Shown here one piece after another: positions 42,797 through 53,370 of a DNA stretch of 64,000 nt. The notes under the pieces are model-generated. The model saw only the letters and a list, made by a program, of their open reading frames with translations. It was not told where the DNA came from and made no database searches. Made by a program: the position numbers and the translations under genes. Numbering within the stretch: the first letter of the stretch is position 1; each line of letters starts with the position of its first letter. Location of the stretch: positions 416,001 to 480,000 of the forward strand of contig CM000430.1 of assembly GCA_000165345.1 (NCBI GenBank). The letters are read 5' to 3'.

Positions 42797-43720
42797 TCAT
42801 ATTACATTTGAATCTCCGAAAGCTATGCCATATTTCTTTATTACTTCTCCTAAAAACCTTAATGAATAAGAAAATTTGACAAACTCCTCTATTGTTACCT
42901 TCAATCTAAAATCCATGAGTAGTAGCGCGTCTACCTCCAATCTAGATAATTCAGTCTCTGAAACACCTCCAACGTGTGCGTAATGAGTATTTGGTAAAAA
43001 CTTGTCGTCGTACAGCTTAACTGAAATGACTAAAGTTGCCAGCATAAGGCGATGCGCGCTTTTCGTGTCGAAAATATATGATGGATTATTGTCAATAATT
43101 CTTTTAATATAAATGAACATTAACACAAATAAAGATGGGCTACATAAGAAGTACTCAGAAAGCCTTGCAAAATAATCTTTAATAGAAATGGGAGGGTTAA
43201 TCTCTGAGTCAAACAAAGTACAAAATTCGCTATTGGCTTTTCTTGTAGGCAAGCACTGCAAAATAAGCATAATATCACTCATTGCCCTACCAAAGGAATA
43301 TCTGTCCATTAAAACTGAATCATGGATATTAATTGCTTTATTTTCAGAAGTATAGTTTTTGGGGAAAAGGTGTAATACATCCAAGAGATTAGATTCTTCG
43401 TTAACTTCTTTATCTTCAAAAACTTTATAATTTTCAACTATTTCGCTCAACCTTATCCTTTTTAGAATAGTGTAAGCATTATATTTAGCATCTATAATTC
43501 TTAGTAAAAAGTTTAAATCTCCAATTATTAAATCATCCAAAACACTGCATTTAGACTTTTTAAAACCATTCTCATCATTAACAATTATCCTTCTGCGCAT
43601 TAATTGATTGGGATATAAATTGGCTTCACCGGGAAAATGCAGGTAGTTTTTTATTTCAGGGACTGATTCTCCTAGAATTTTACTATTGGGGTTAGTACTA
43701 ACTTCAGAGTCGCCTTTCAT
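42797..43720 (-). CDS. PHO80-like (P/U-type) cyclin, 307 aa
   Basis: Cyclin_N PHO80 signature: ISIKDYFARLSEYFLCSPSLFVLMFIYIKRI, SAHRLMLATLVISVKLYDDKFLPNTHYAHVGGVSETELSRLEVDALLLMDFRL. Confidence 0.75.
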   Translation of the reverse strand: MKGDSEVSTNPNSKILGESVPEIKNYLHFPGEANLYPNQLMRRRIIVNDENGFKKSKCSVLDDLIIGDLNFLLRIIDAKYNAYTILKRIRLSEIVENYKVFEDKEVNEESNLLDVLHLFPKNYTSENKAINIHDSVLMDRYSFGRAMSDIMLILQCLPTRKANSEFCTLFDSEINPPISIKDYFARLSEYFLCSPSLFVLMFIYIKRIIDNNPSYIFDTKSAHRLMLATLVISVKLYDDKFLPNTHYAHVGGVSETELSRLEVDALLLMDFRLKVTIEEFVKFSYSLRFLGEVIKKYGIAFGDSNVI

Positions 43721-43861
43721 ATTTCCGATAAATATTATTCATTCAATTAAAAAATATTTCTCGAATAAATAGCTTAGATCATATCCACAAAAATCTCAGC
43801 TAATCTAATCATTCCAATTAATCAGCAAGCTTTGATTAAATGTTAGAAAAATTAAGACTGC

Positions 43862-43875
43862 TCGCGCGAAAATTC
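43862..43875. promoter_or_regulatory. E2F-like site GCGCGAAAA upstream of the cyclin gene
   Basis: ctcgcgcgaaaattcgg matches the E2F core TTTCGCGC/GCGCGAAA, about 145 bp upstream of the cyclin start at 43720 (minus). A second E2F-like site, TTTGCGGCG, is at 44038..44046. Confidence 0.4.
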
Positions 43876-44216
43876 GGCATATAAAAATCTAGCGTACTTG
43901 TTTTAGAAAAAAGAAATTAGCAGTTCATACAACAATTTTTACTGCCTTAAGTTCCCCCCTATGCATTTTTGTTAGATCTCAGCTTAATTTAACATTAGTA
44001 TCAAATAGCTAAATTCCACATAGTAGCATTGAACACCTTTGCGGCGATATTATCGAAATTAAATTGTTGATTATTTAACTTTTAATCGTGGTAATTAATT
44101 AATAAAATCCCTATGTGGAAGATGGGTGCATTTTTTTTTTTTTTTTTGCGAATGTGGAAATAAATATTTTCTCAATTTTCAATAAACTAACTTTAATATA
44201 AACTAAGCTCAAATCC

Positions 44217-45680
44217 ATGGTTAAATTTGGTGCATACATTATAGAGAACAATGATAATGGACCACAATTAATAAGAAGAGAAAAGTCTGGGCCATTGATT
44301 GTCTTAAAGGTTGGAACATCAACTTTAACAAATAGCAGGACAGGCAAACTTTCGGTTTCAAATATCGGTGCGTTGGTGGAAACAGTATGTGATTTAATGG
44401 ATAAGGGATGCAGAGTTGTATTAGTGTCTTCCGGAGCTGTTGGAGCTGGATTGCTTCACATGAATATCAGAGAAAAACCAAATAAGCTTCACCTGAAACA
44501 TGCAATAGCTGCTATTGGCCAGCCACTACTAATGAGAGTTTATGAAGACTTTTTTTCTATGAGAGGCGCTAAGGTTGCTCAATTACTAATGACTAGATCA
44601 GACTTTGTCAACAAAGATAGATTTATTGACTTTAAGAACACACTATTGGATTTGATACATTGGAACGTTGTCCCAATAATAAATGAAAATGACTCTGTAA
44701 CAACTATTGATCTTCATTTCGGCGATAATGATACACTAGCAGCTTACTGTGCAATTGCAATATCAGCAGATTGGTTAATATTGGCTACTGATGTTGATGC
44801 GCTTTTTACAAAAAATCCTCGACTTCATAGAGATGCTGTTCCAATACTAAAAGTAAACAATATTGATTCAATTATTCATATGGAAAATGACGTTTCAGAT
44901 GAAAATTGTGGCACTAATTTTGGAACTGGAGGCATGAGAACTAAGATTTTTGCTGCGAGGATTGCGGCTGCAGCCGGAATTTCAACATTTTTAGTGAATG
45001 GGTCGCACCCCAACAGACTATTGCAACTAGTAGACTCAATAGATTTTAAACTGAATAAGGCTCATAATAACAATGCAATAAGTTCGTATTATAGTTCTAC
45101 TAGTGAAGCCAATGATTTAGAAAATGTTAGTCTGTGTGAAAGCTTGGATATGAATTCTAGTAGCATGGAAAGCCTTGCTGATACAAAAACATGTTTCGAG
45201 CATTCCTACTCCTCTATAGTTGGTAACTTTATCGAGGAAACCCCAGAATCAACACAAGTAGATAATGGCATAATTACATGTGCTTTGGAAGAACTATATC
45301 AAGGAGAATACATTGGTACTATTTTTGCTAGGCAGGCTCTAACTCAATCTATGAAAAATCATAAAAGGTGGATAATGAGCCTACCTATTTCTGGGAAAAT
45401 ATTTCTTGATAAAGGAGCTATCAAATCTGTTACTGCCGACTCAAAATCCCTTTTTTCTGTGGGAATTGTCAACGTGAAGGGTAAATTTGAAACAGGAGAT
45501 GTTGTTTCCATTATTTGCGACGGAGACAATGATGAAAGAGAAATTGCAAGATGTGTTTCCAATTTTAATTCTGAACTACTTAAGAAAATAATGGGTAAAA
45601 AGTCTTGTGAATTAAATGAGTTGTTAGGATTAAATTCTCAAGGAATTGTTTCCGATAGGGCAAATATAATAAAACTATAA
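44217..45680 (+). CDS. Glutamate 5-kinase (gamma-glutamyl kinase, ProB/Pro1-like) with C-terminal PUA domain, 487 aa
   Basis: Amino-acid kinase fold: LIVLKVGTSTLT...VVLVSSGAVGAG, DNDTLAAYCAIAISADWLILATDVDALFTKNP and GTGGMRTKIFAARIAAAAG. C-terminal PUA-like domain GKIFLDKGAIKSVTADSKSLFSVGIVNVKGKFETGDVVSI. An S/N-rich insertion separates the two domains. Confidence 0.7.
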   Translation: MVKFGAYIIENNDNGPQLIRREKSGPLIVLKVGTSTLTNSRTGKLSVSNIGALVETVCDLMDKGCRVVLVSSGAVGAGLLHMNIREKPNKLHLKHAIAAIGQPLLMRVYEDFFSMRGAKVAQLLMTRSDFVNKDRFIDFKNTLLDLIHWNVVPIINENDSVTTIDLHFGDNDTLAAYCAIAISADWLILATDVDALFTKNPRLHRDAVPILKVNNIDSIIHMENDVSDENCGTNFGTGGMRTKIFAARIAAAAGISTFLVNGSHPNRLLQLVDSIDFKLNKAHNNNAISSYYSSTSEANDLENVSLCESLDMNSSSMESLADTKTCFEHSYSSIVGNFIEETPESTQVDNGIITCALEELYQGEYIGTIFARQALTQSMKNHKRWIMSLPISGKIFLDKGAIKSVTADSKSLFSVGIVNVKGKFETGDVVSIICDGDNDEREIARCVSNFNSELLKKIMGKKSCELNELLGLNSQGIVSDRANIIKL

Positions 45681-45789
45681 CCAATTTAATAAAACTTTCC
45701 AGTTGCTATAAGCATTATTTAGGTGCGTATAGGGGTGTGTGTATGTGTGCTGAAATAAATTTATAATTGTATCATTTAAAAGCTAAAAA

Positions 45790-47424
45790 ATGGACTTTTT
45801 AAATTTTCCAAAATTCTTGTTTGGAAACATATATGAAAGTATATATGAATGTTGTGTAGTGAATGAGCGTAAACAAGAAAAAAAAGTTCAGCAGCAAAAA
45901 AAGCTAAAATTTAATAACTTAAATATATTATTTTACAATCAAAAAGACTTTCATGCAAACAAATATTCTTTAAGAGGATGCATGACTTCCAGAAACAACT
46001 ATAATTTTCAAAAAAGTGAAGAGTTTTTTACGTATAGAAAACCATACAATGAATCAAAGCTAGCTGCTTTTGAATATACAATTCCTATTGAAAAAACCCA
46101 CAGACAGCCCGTTGAAGATTATAATTCAAATTGTTGGTTAAGTCAGAAAAAAAAATCTGGATTCAAAATTAATATAATTCCATCTAGTAAAACGCAAATA
46201 ACTCCTTCTATTAATGTCCAAAAGGTAGTAAAGAATGAAAATGAATCTGAAAAAAAAAACTCTAAAAGTCAAATTAATGGAGCGAAATACATCATTCCCA
46301 TGCTTGATCTCAATTTTACTGAAAAAAGAAATAGCGAGTTAATGACATATAGAGAACATTTTTCTGCATCGAATAATAAACAGATTTCACCGATTCTAAG
46401 TAACTTTAAAGATAAAACACTTGAAGGTGGTAGAAAGTTGCAAAATGAATGGATCAATGTAAATATGCTTCTTTTATCTGCATACCATGATCGTACTATA
46501 CAAAGCACTAAAGCAAAAATCGAGATGTTAACATTTTATGCAATTGAAATTTGTTTTAAAAAAATAGATTCCAAGCTCCACATAATCGAAGAAGGCAGTT
46601 TTGGAAGGGTTTACAAGGGTAGGTATAATAACTGTGATGTCGCAGTTAAGGTACCAAATCTGGATACAATGAAATCAGACCCATTTGGAGTTACTGAAAG
46701 AATCTTAAGAGAATGGAAACTACTAGCAAAAATTAACCATCCTAATATTATTGGTTTCAAAGGTGGTATAATATTGCCTAACAAGCATATTTGGTTAATA
46801 ACAGAATTTATACAAGGCTGCGACCTACATTCACTAAAGTATAAGTTTAAGTATGAGATTCCAAAAGAAAAGGCCATAAAAATGATTAAGCAACTAATTA
46901 AAGCCTTAGACTTCCTACACACACCAACAAGGGAAAAGGGAATAATCATCCACAGGGATATTAAACCAGAAAATATTATTATTGATAATAATAATTGGAA
47001 TATTTATTTGTGCGATTTTGGAGATGCAGAAGAATTTGGCTCAGGAAACAAAAGGAGACTATCAGGTGCAACATGGCTTTATTCTCCAATAGAATTATTA
47101 AATGCAGATCCAATAGGAAATCATATATCAATACAAAGCGTTTCTCAATATAACGAGAAGTGGGATATTTGGTCGCTGGGATGTGTAATACAGGAATTTT
47201 TTGGAAATTCAAATCCTTTTGAGTATATTGTAGATTTTGCAGATAATTCTAACCAGATTTACTCAAAACTAGTGAAAGCTGTGAGAGAAAATAAGTACAT
47301 CCCCAATATACCCACAAATATCCACCCTCGAATCAGAAAGGTGATAGAGATGTGTCTTCAGCCAGATCCTCGTCTTAGACCTAGCGCAAAAGTTATATTA
47401 AAAATAATAGATAACGTTTTTTAA
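45790..47424 (+). CDS. Ser/Thr protein kinase with about 250-aa N-terminal extension, 544 aa
   Basis: Kinase subdomains: GSFGRVYKG...VAVKV, HRDIKPENIIID, DFGDAEEFG, WSLGCVIQEF. Confidence 0.8.
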   Translation: MDFLNFPKFLFGNIYESIYECCVVNERKQEKKVQQQKKLKFNNLNILFYNQKDFHANKYSLRGCMTSRNNYNFQKSEEFFTYRKPYNESKLAAFEYTIPIEKTHRQPVEDYNSNCWLSQKKKSGFKINIIPSSKTQITPSINVQKVVKNENESEKKNSKSQINGAKYIIPMLDLNFTEKRNSELMTYREHFSASNNKQISPILSNFKDKTLEGGRKLQNEWINVNMLLLSAYHDRTIQSTKAKIEMLTFYAIEICFKKIDSKLHIIEEGSFGRVYKGRYNNCDVAVKVPNLDTMKSDPFGVTERILREWKLLAKINHPNIIGFKGGIILPNKHIWLITEFIQGCDLHSLKYKFKYEIPKEKAIKMIKQLIKALDFLHTPTREKGIIIHRDIKPENIIIDNNNWNIYLCDFGDAEEFGSGNKRRLSGATWLYSPIELLNADPIGNHISIQSVSQYNEKWDIWSLGCVIQEFFGNSNPFEYIVDFADNSNQIYSKLVKAVRENKYIPNIPTNIHPRIRKVIEMCLQPDPRLRPSAKVILKIIDNVF

Positions 47425-47496
47425 ATTTTTTTTTTTTCATTAGCTATTTACAATTATGAAACCCTTGCGTTTATATTTTAATTTGAAATAGATTTG

Positions 47497-47540
47497 TTGG
47501 CGGCTTAGATCAAAGTACCGTAATGCGCATGCATCACGTG
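47497..47540. promoter_or_regulatory. Composite E2F-like (TTGGCGGC) plus GCATGCA plus CACGTG motif cluster upstream of the ferlin gene
   Basis: gatttgttggcggcttag ... taatgcgcatgcatcacgtgg, read directly; 50-90 bp upstream of the ATG at 47587. Confidence 0.4.
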
Positions 47541-47586
47541 GATGAATTATTTAAAAAAATATTATAATTAAATTTTTCTAATATAA

Positions 47587-50500
47587 ATGGTTAGAAACGT
47601 GAGATCGAAATATGTTGTTGGATTTACTATTCATGCTGGGAAGGGGTTTATTACTCCGAATCAAAGCCCAATAAACCCATTAGTTGTAGTAAGATGTTGC
47701 GGAAGAGAATACAGGAGCAAAATTAAGTACAATAAGTTAATTGCGACTCAATGGGATGAATCCCATTCATGGAACGATATATTTTTGACTGATTCTGAAT
47801 GGGAAATGTCATTTATTACTTTTGAGGTACAATCTGCCAATTCATTTTGGAAAAATGATGTAATTGGACAATGTTCAATACAATTAAAAACACTTAAACA
47901 GAGAAAAAATCACTTTTTAAAAAGGCATTTCAACATTACTGAGCTTAATGATACTTTTCCAAAAGGATTGCTTTATTTAACAGTATATGCATGCGGTCCG
48001 AATGATACTCCCCCGACAAGCGATATACTGGAATTAATGAATGCAGAAGAAGATAACTTTCAGAATAATCAAGTTGATTTCCTAAATCAAATTGTAGGAG
48101 CTCACGAAATGAAAAAAGAGTTCTCAACTTTAGAAAGAGAAAAGCAGATGTATAATTTATATGTAACAATTTATAGGGTTGAAGATTTATTATTCAAAAA
48201 AGGGCTAAGAGACCCTTTTATAACAGTAGAGTTTAGTGGTTGTAGTATGCAATCATCAATTGCTCGCGGTGTACTAGATCATAATTTTAATGAGTGCTTT
48301 AGATTTCCTGTTGTTGTACCAATCGTTGAGGACATAATAATATTAAAATTATGGGATAATTCAACAAAACCCCCAGCAATCATTACGCAAGGAAAGTTTT
48401 CATTTGCGAGAGTTAGATCTACAACAATCCCTGTAAGATGGTATAACTTTTATGGAAATTCTGCACTAAATATAGAACTTGGGAATAAATATTCGAACGA
48501 TATTTTCTTTACAGAAAATGTTTCTTCCCAAAGCGATATTTATTTAGGGAGAATACTTATTTCCATAAAAACAGAGCTATTAAGAAATAAAGATCAATTA
48601 ATGCCGGCTCAAGTGATAGCTGCTCAGCCGCTTGATGAGCTTTTTACTCAGCCATGCAATATAATCGCAGATGTATACTCAATTAAAGGCATTTTTGGAA
48701 GAAATGCATGCGTAGAGGTTTCGGTTGGGCCAAATAAACAGAGAACTGAATTTGTTTCGCGTGAGGTCGAAGGACAAAATTATGATAACTGTAAAAACAA
48801 TATAGTTAACAAATCAAAAAAACAACAAAGTATGGATAATTTTGTCTATGGGTCAACACAAGGTAGGGTTCCAAATATTGAAATTGAGTCTCAATCAAAG
48901 GAAGAATTTACTTGGGATATAATCATATCAGTTTATACTCACACTAATTCAAATGTTAATAAGGTGGATGCTCAAGGAATATTGAGTAGTAGTGAGCTGG
49001 CTCATGGTTCCAAAAGAGTTGCATATTGTCGATTAAAAATAATCGACATACCGCATTACATCGAAAATAAGCCACTACCACCTATTTGGATTCCATTAAA
49101 ACAAACAAGAGATGGTTGGATAGATATGATAGATAACAAGGAAAGAAGTTACAATAATAGATTTGAACCTTTATCAGAGACCGAAAACGAAAAAAATATT
49201 GAAACTAATAATATACAAGAAATTGACTTGTATAGTATTGGCTCAAGCGCTATCTTGATCTCAATTTCTAAGCAATTTGCTTCATCAGTAAAGCGTACAA
49301 AGAGGCACACAATAAAGTGTATAGATTATGAGTTAAGATGTTATTTGTATGCTTGCAGAAATCTTAATGAAACAGGAAAAGATAGGACAAATCCCTATAT
49401 AGTAGTTTCATGCAATGGAGTCTATACAACATCTTCTGTTAAAGTTAATACAAATAATCCAACATTTTTAGAATGCTTATTTTTGAGAGTGAAAATAGAA
49501 TCTGATCCTTTAACATCTTTTCCAACTGTTGCGCCCATCACAATAAGTGTATTTTCAAGACATAGTTGGGGAAAAAGATTTATCGGATTATGTACCTGTA
49601 TATATGACAGAATTAATGGAAGGAATAAAAATAATGAGCCTATTAGTACCTTAGAGCCATTTTGGATTAAATTAAAAGGTGGTGCAAGGTTGAACAATCA
49701 TGTCGGCGATATTTTACTTTGTATTGATATTGTTAAACTGTGCGATTCAAAAATGGTGCCACCACAACCTTTATTTCCAGAATTAAAAAGGGTACAAATG
49801 ATAGTTACTACTACTCTTCTTCAAGATTTATTTATGATGACTGAAGAAGATATTCAATATAATATTAAGTCAAAGCTTTCTCAGGATGAAGATTTATCAC
49901 TCTTAAACCAAGGAATAATAGGTTCAAAGATTGAAAGATATAGAATTTTAAAGGAGATGAATGGTAATTTTTTTCTTGAAAATCATGAAAGGGGAAATGT
50001 ATATTCAACAGAAATAAAAAACCCAGTTATTGAGTTCACTGTAAGCGCTTTTGGAAGAGTTGATGCTACCACAGAAGGATCTGAAAATGTTGGTGATAAG
50101 CTACTAAAAAATTCAGAGGGTAGAACAAAATCATCTAGTAGTATTCCAACATATAGGCAGATTGTACAGTGGAAGTCTATAACATCCGCTGGGGCAAAGG
50201 AATTTTTCAATAAATCTTGGAAAACTTTAAGAGGGTACAACTTCGAATTCTTCAAGACAATCTCTCTAGATATTTTTTTACCGTTATCACCATTATTTGA
50301 TCCAAGACTCACAATAAGAATCTTTGAAGGGTTAGTAGATGATTCTAAACTAGTTGGCGAGTTTGTTATATCTTTAGTTTCGTTTCTACCTTGGATACCT
50401 GATGTTGATTCTGCTCACGAGTGGATTTCTTCAAAGCATGATTTTTCTAATAACATAGATATTGCAAAAATAACAAATGTATTATCAAAAGGATCTAAAA

Positions 50501-52647
50501 AAAAAAACTTAATTAAACATTCTGGCTTAGCAAGTATTGCTCTTGCAGATATGGAAGAAGATAAAGAAAAAAAGATGAATTCAACAGCGCACCCTTTCCC
50601 TGCTGTTTCACAACAAGAAGAAATGGAAGAACTTAAAAAAAAAAGTTTAATGAACCACGGGTTAAACCAAGCTGGAGTTCCAATTACTTTAATAAAGTCG
50701 TATACTGTTTCCAATGTATATTACCCTAGGATATCGCAGAATATGTTCACGATTAATTTACATATCCCGTTTCACTTTATTATTGTTGCAGAAGGAAAGA
50801 CTACTGATAAAAGAAATAATTTGAAAATCATGATATCAAATTCAGGGATGGATACAGGAGGAGTGATTACTACAAGCACATCTGGAAAGACAGTTTCACT
50901 CCGCCCATCAATTGACTCAACTATGGAAGAATTTCTGTCAGATATTCTTATTCCAATAATTCCTGTGAGAAAAAAAGGGTTTGATGGAAAGATGAAGACA
51001 TTTGGGTACTTAAGGGGATATATTCTCTTAGCATTGCCTGGGGTACTAGATGAAATTAATTCTAAGAAGAGCAATGAGAATATTACAAACGATAATATAG
51101 ATGAAGACGAAATCATATCTCAAGAAATAAAACAAGCAGTTGAGAATAACAAAATTTCTAGATGTTACAGCCATGAGATGATCAGATACATAATAAATAT
51201 AAATAGTTTATATAAGAGGATCAAAGGTGATAATGTGTACCCAAATCCTGTAAGAGTACGTCTATATATATTGTCCGCATTGGCACTAGTAGTCCCAATT
51301 GACTATAGTGAAAATATTTATCAGCAATCACTTGAAAAAAAAACGTTCTTTGAAAAAATTAAAGATAAACTATCAATAATAAATATGTTTGAACAAAACA
51401 TAAGGATAAAATCATTTTATATTTCAATTGTTTACGGTTCAAAGGAAGAAAATTTTAGGTCGACTGCAAAGGGGACATTAAACCCTTTATTTTATGTATG
51501 CCAGGAGTATAACGTAAACTTTCCAGTTGAATCTAGGTTTGAGATTAGGGTTTGGGGAATACAAGAAAAAGTTTATCCATATCTAGCATGTAAAGTACTT
51601 GGGCTACTGAATCAGGAAAAGAAAGAAGATGGCGAAAATACCGATCTGAATGGAAATTCGAATAATGATTTGGTTATTAATGAAATTAATAATGAAGTTT
51701 GCCAGGAGTTGGGACCTGAATATGATGTTTTTATTGGGAGTACAGCCATGGACTTAACTGATAGATGGCATAGCAAAGAATGGCGTCAGATGATGAGAGA
51801 AGATCATATACCCATTGAATATCGTCCACTATACAGGGACTGCACAAGTAATGTCAACTATGGTTTGCTACAAATGTGGGTTGAAATTATGAGTTCAAAT
51901 AAAGCAGCAGTTACAAAAAGGTACGAGCTTTCAGAACCTGTACCAACAGAAGTGGAAGTTAGGGTCATTATCTGGGCAGGAAGAGATATAAAGACTGCAA
52001 ATAATTTAGATTATGGAGATTATTTATTTAAATCTACCCTGGATTGCAAACAGTATCCAGAATTTAGGCCAGATTTTGGTAATAATAACCCAAGGGTACA
52101 ACAGACTGATGTTCATTATAATTGTAGAACTGGGGAACCTGTTTTTAATTGGAGGCTTGTTTATCCGCACCTGGTAACACCAATAAGTGGTTGTTTACTT
52201 CAAATTTCAATTTACCATTATAGCTCATTTGGAAATCACGAATTTATCGGCGAAGTTAATTTGGACTTAAGGAAATACATAATGAATGTTGCAAATTCGT
52301 TAGAGGCAATTGATGAAGATGTCGAATTGCCACTTGTGAACTCACAAAGCGTAGATTCGTCATTTGATGCCGGTTTTGTGCAAGTGACAATTCAAATAAT
52401 TCCTCAGTCAGAAGCAAATAGTAAAAAGGTTGGAATGGGGAGAGATATACCAAATAGATTTCCGAAACTAGTAACTCCTTCAGTTGGAAGAAACTGGGAG
52501 GATTTCTTACAACTGAAGGAAAGGCAGGATGCACTTAGACCTATTTGGCTGAAAATAAGAATCGTTTATGTAATTTTTGCGATATTATTATTTTTTATCA
52601 TAGGTGCAGTATATCCTGCATTGTTTTACCAGTCAATTTATTCCTAA
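47587..52647 (+). CDS. Ferlin-like multi-C2-domain protein with C-terminal transmembrane anchor, 1686 aa
   Basis: Several C2-like beta-sandwich regions along the protein. A single C-terminal TM (IVYVIFAILLFFIIGAVYPALFY) with a few residues of tail. Architecture diagnostic of ferlins. Confidence 0.7.
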   Translation: MVRNVRSKYVVGFTIHAGKGFITPNQSPINPLVVVRCCGREYRSKIKYNKLIATQWDESHSWNDIFLTDSEWEMSFITFEVQSANSFWKNDVIGQCSIQLKTLKQRKNHFLKRHFNITELNDTFPKGLLYLTVYACGPNDTPPTSDILELMNAEEDNFQNNQVDFLNQIVGAHEMKKEFSTLEREKQMYNLYVTIYRVEDLLFKKGLRDPFITVEFSGCSMQSSIARGVLDHNFNECFRFPVVVPIVEDIIILKLWDNSTKPPAIITQGKFSFARVRSTTIPVRWYNFYGNSALNIELGNKYSNDIFFTENVSSQSDIYLGRILISIKTELLRNKDQLMPAQVIAAQPLDELFTQPCNIIADVYSIKGIFGRNACVEVSVGPNKQRTEFVSREVEGQNYDNCKNNIVNKSKKQQSMDNFVYGSTQGRVPNIEIESQSKEEFTWDIIISVYTHTNSNVNKVDAQGILSSSELAHGSKRVAYCRLKIIDIPHYIENKPLPPIWIPLKQTRDGWIDMIDNKERSYNNRFEPLSETENEKNIETNNIQEIDLYSIGSSAILISISKQFASSVKRTKRHTIKCIDYELRCYLYACRNLNETGKDRTNPYIVVSCNGVYTTSSVKVNTNNPTFLECLFLRVKIESDPLTSFPTVAPITISVFSRHSWGKRFIGLCTCIYDRINGRNKNNEPISTLEPFWIKLKGGARLNNHVGDILLCIDIVKLCDSKMVPPQPLFPELKRVQMIVTTTLLQDLFMMTEEDIQYNIKSKLSQDEDLSLLNQGIIGSKIERYRILKEMNGNFFLENHERGNVYSTEIKNPVIEFTVSAFGRVDATTEGSENVGDKLLKNSEGRTKSSSSIPTYRQIVQWKSITSAGAKEFFNKSWKTLRGYNFEFFKTISLDIFLPLSPLFDPRLTIRIFEGLVDDSKLVGEFVISLVSFLPWIPDVDSAHEWISSKHDFSNNIDIAKITNVLSKGSKKKNLIKHSGLASIALADMEEDKEKKMNSTAHPFPAVSQQEEMEELKKKSLMNHGLNQAGVPITLIKSYTVSNVYYPRISQNMFTINLHIPFHFIIVAEGKTTDKRNNLKIMISNSGMDTGGVITTSTSGKTVSLRPSIDSTMEEFLSDILIPIIPVRKKGFDGKMKTFGYLRGYILLALPGVLDEINSKKSNENITNDNIDEDEIISQEIKQAVENNKISRCYSHEMIRYIININSLYKRIKGDNVYPNPVRVRLYILSALALVVPIDYSENIYQQSLEKKTFFEKIKDKLSIINMFEQNIRIKSFYISIVYGSKEENFRSTAKGTLNPLFYVCQEYNVNFPVESRFEIRVWGIQEKVYPYLACKVLGLLNQEKKEDGENTDLNGNSNNDLVINEINNEVCQELGPEYDVFIGSTAMDLTDRWHSKEWRQMMREDHIPIEYRPLYRDCTSNVNYGLLQMWVEIMSSNKAAVTKRYELSEPVPTEVEVRVIIWAGRDIKTANNLDYGDYLFKSTLDCKQYPEFRPDFGNNNPRVQQTDVHYNCRTGEPVFNWRLVYPHLVTPISGCLLQISIYHYSSFGNHEFIGEVNLDLRKYIMNVANSLEAIDEDVELPLVNSQSVDSSFDAGFVQVTIQIIPQSEANSKKVGMGRDIPNRFPKLVTPSVGRNWEDFLQLKERQDALRPIWLKIRIVYVIFAILLFFIIGAVYPALFYQSIYS

Positions 52648-52838
52648 AGACATACCAAATTGATTTTTAAATTATTTATATTCGGCAGAATATTCAAGTT
52701 TGCGGTAAAAAAAAAAATACATAATTACATGGATTTGTGAAGAAAGGGTTTGGTTAAATGAATAATTCCAACTAAACTTATTCCTACGCAAATTTTATTT
52801 AAGTTATCAAATTAATATACATTATCTGTGTTTTTATA

Positions 52839-53345
52839 ATGAGTGATCATTCTTCACTCTTTTCTCTATCAAAAATTTCAATTAGCGACTTATTAATGTT
52901 AAAAGAGAAAAAATGTGAAAATAAAATTGAAAATGCAAAATTTATCACAAAGCCATCGAATCTTGAAGACATTTTTACAGAAGATTTTAAGCAAAAAATG
53001 GAGAGAAACAAGATTTGTTTGAGTGTGAACGCGCAAGGTGATGTTCTAACTCATTTTCCTCTTTTCTTAAATGAACCATTTACTTCTAATGAAAACAATA
53101 AATCTTTATCTGCAAGAATTGATACAAAAAAAGAAAATCTTCATTTAAATCAAACGAACAATAGCGCTATTTCAAAAAAAAGAAGTAAAATTAATGAAAT
53201 AATTGAAACTAACATTGGAGATCATTTGATTTATGAAATGAAGATTAACAAAAATCGATTCGCAAGAAAAGAGTTGACTAGCACAAAATTAATTTGGAAT
53301 TCAATTCAAGAAAATATTAAAAGTATTATTTCTTCTACTGAATAG
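52839..53345 (+). CDS. Hypothetical protein, 168 aa
   Basis: ORF only, K/N-rich, no motif recognised. Its 3' end lies 25 bp from the convergent GWD stop. Confidence 0.3.
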   Translation: MSDHSSLFSLSKISISDLLMLKEKKCENKIENAKFITKPSNLEDIFTEDFKQKMERNKICLSVNAQGDVLTHFPLFLNEPFTSNENNKSLSARIDTKKENLHLNQTNNSAISKKRSKINEIIETNIGDHLIYEMKINKNRFARKELTSTKLIWNSIQENIKSIISSTE

Positions 53346-53370
53346 ATAAAATTGATTCATTGATTTTTGT

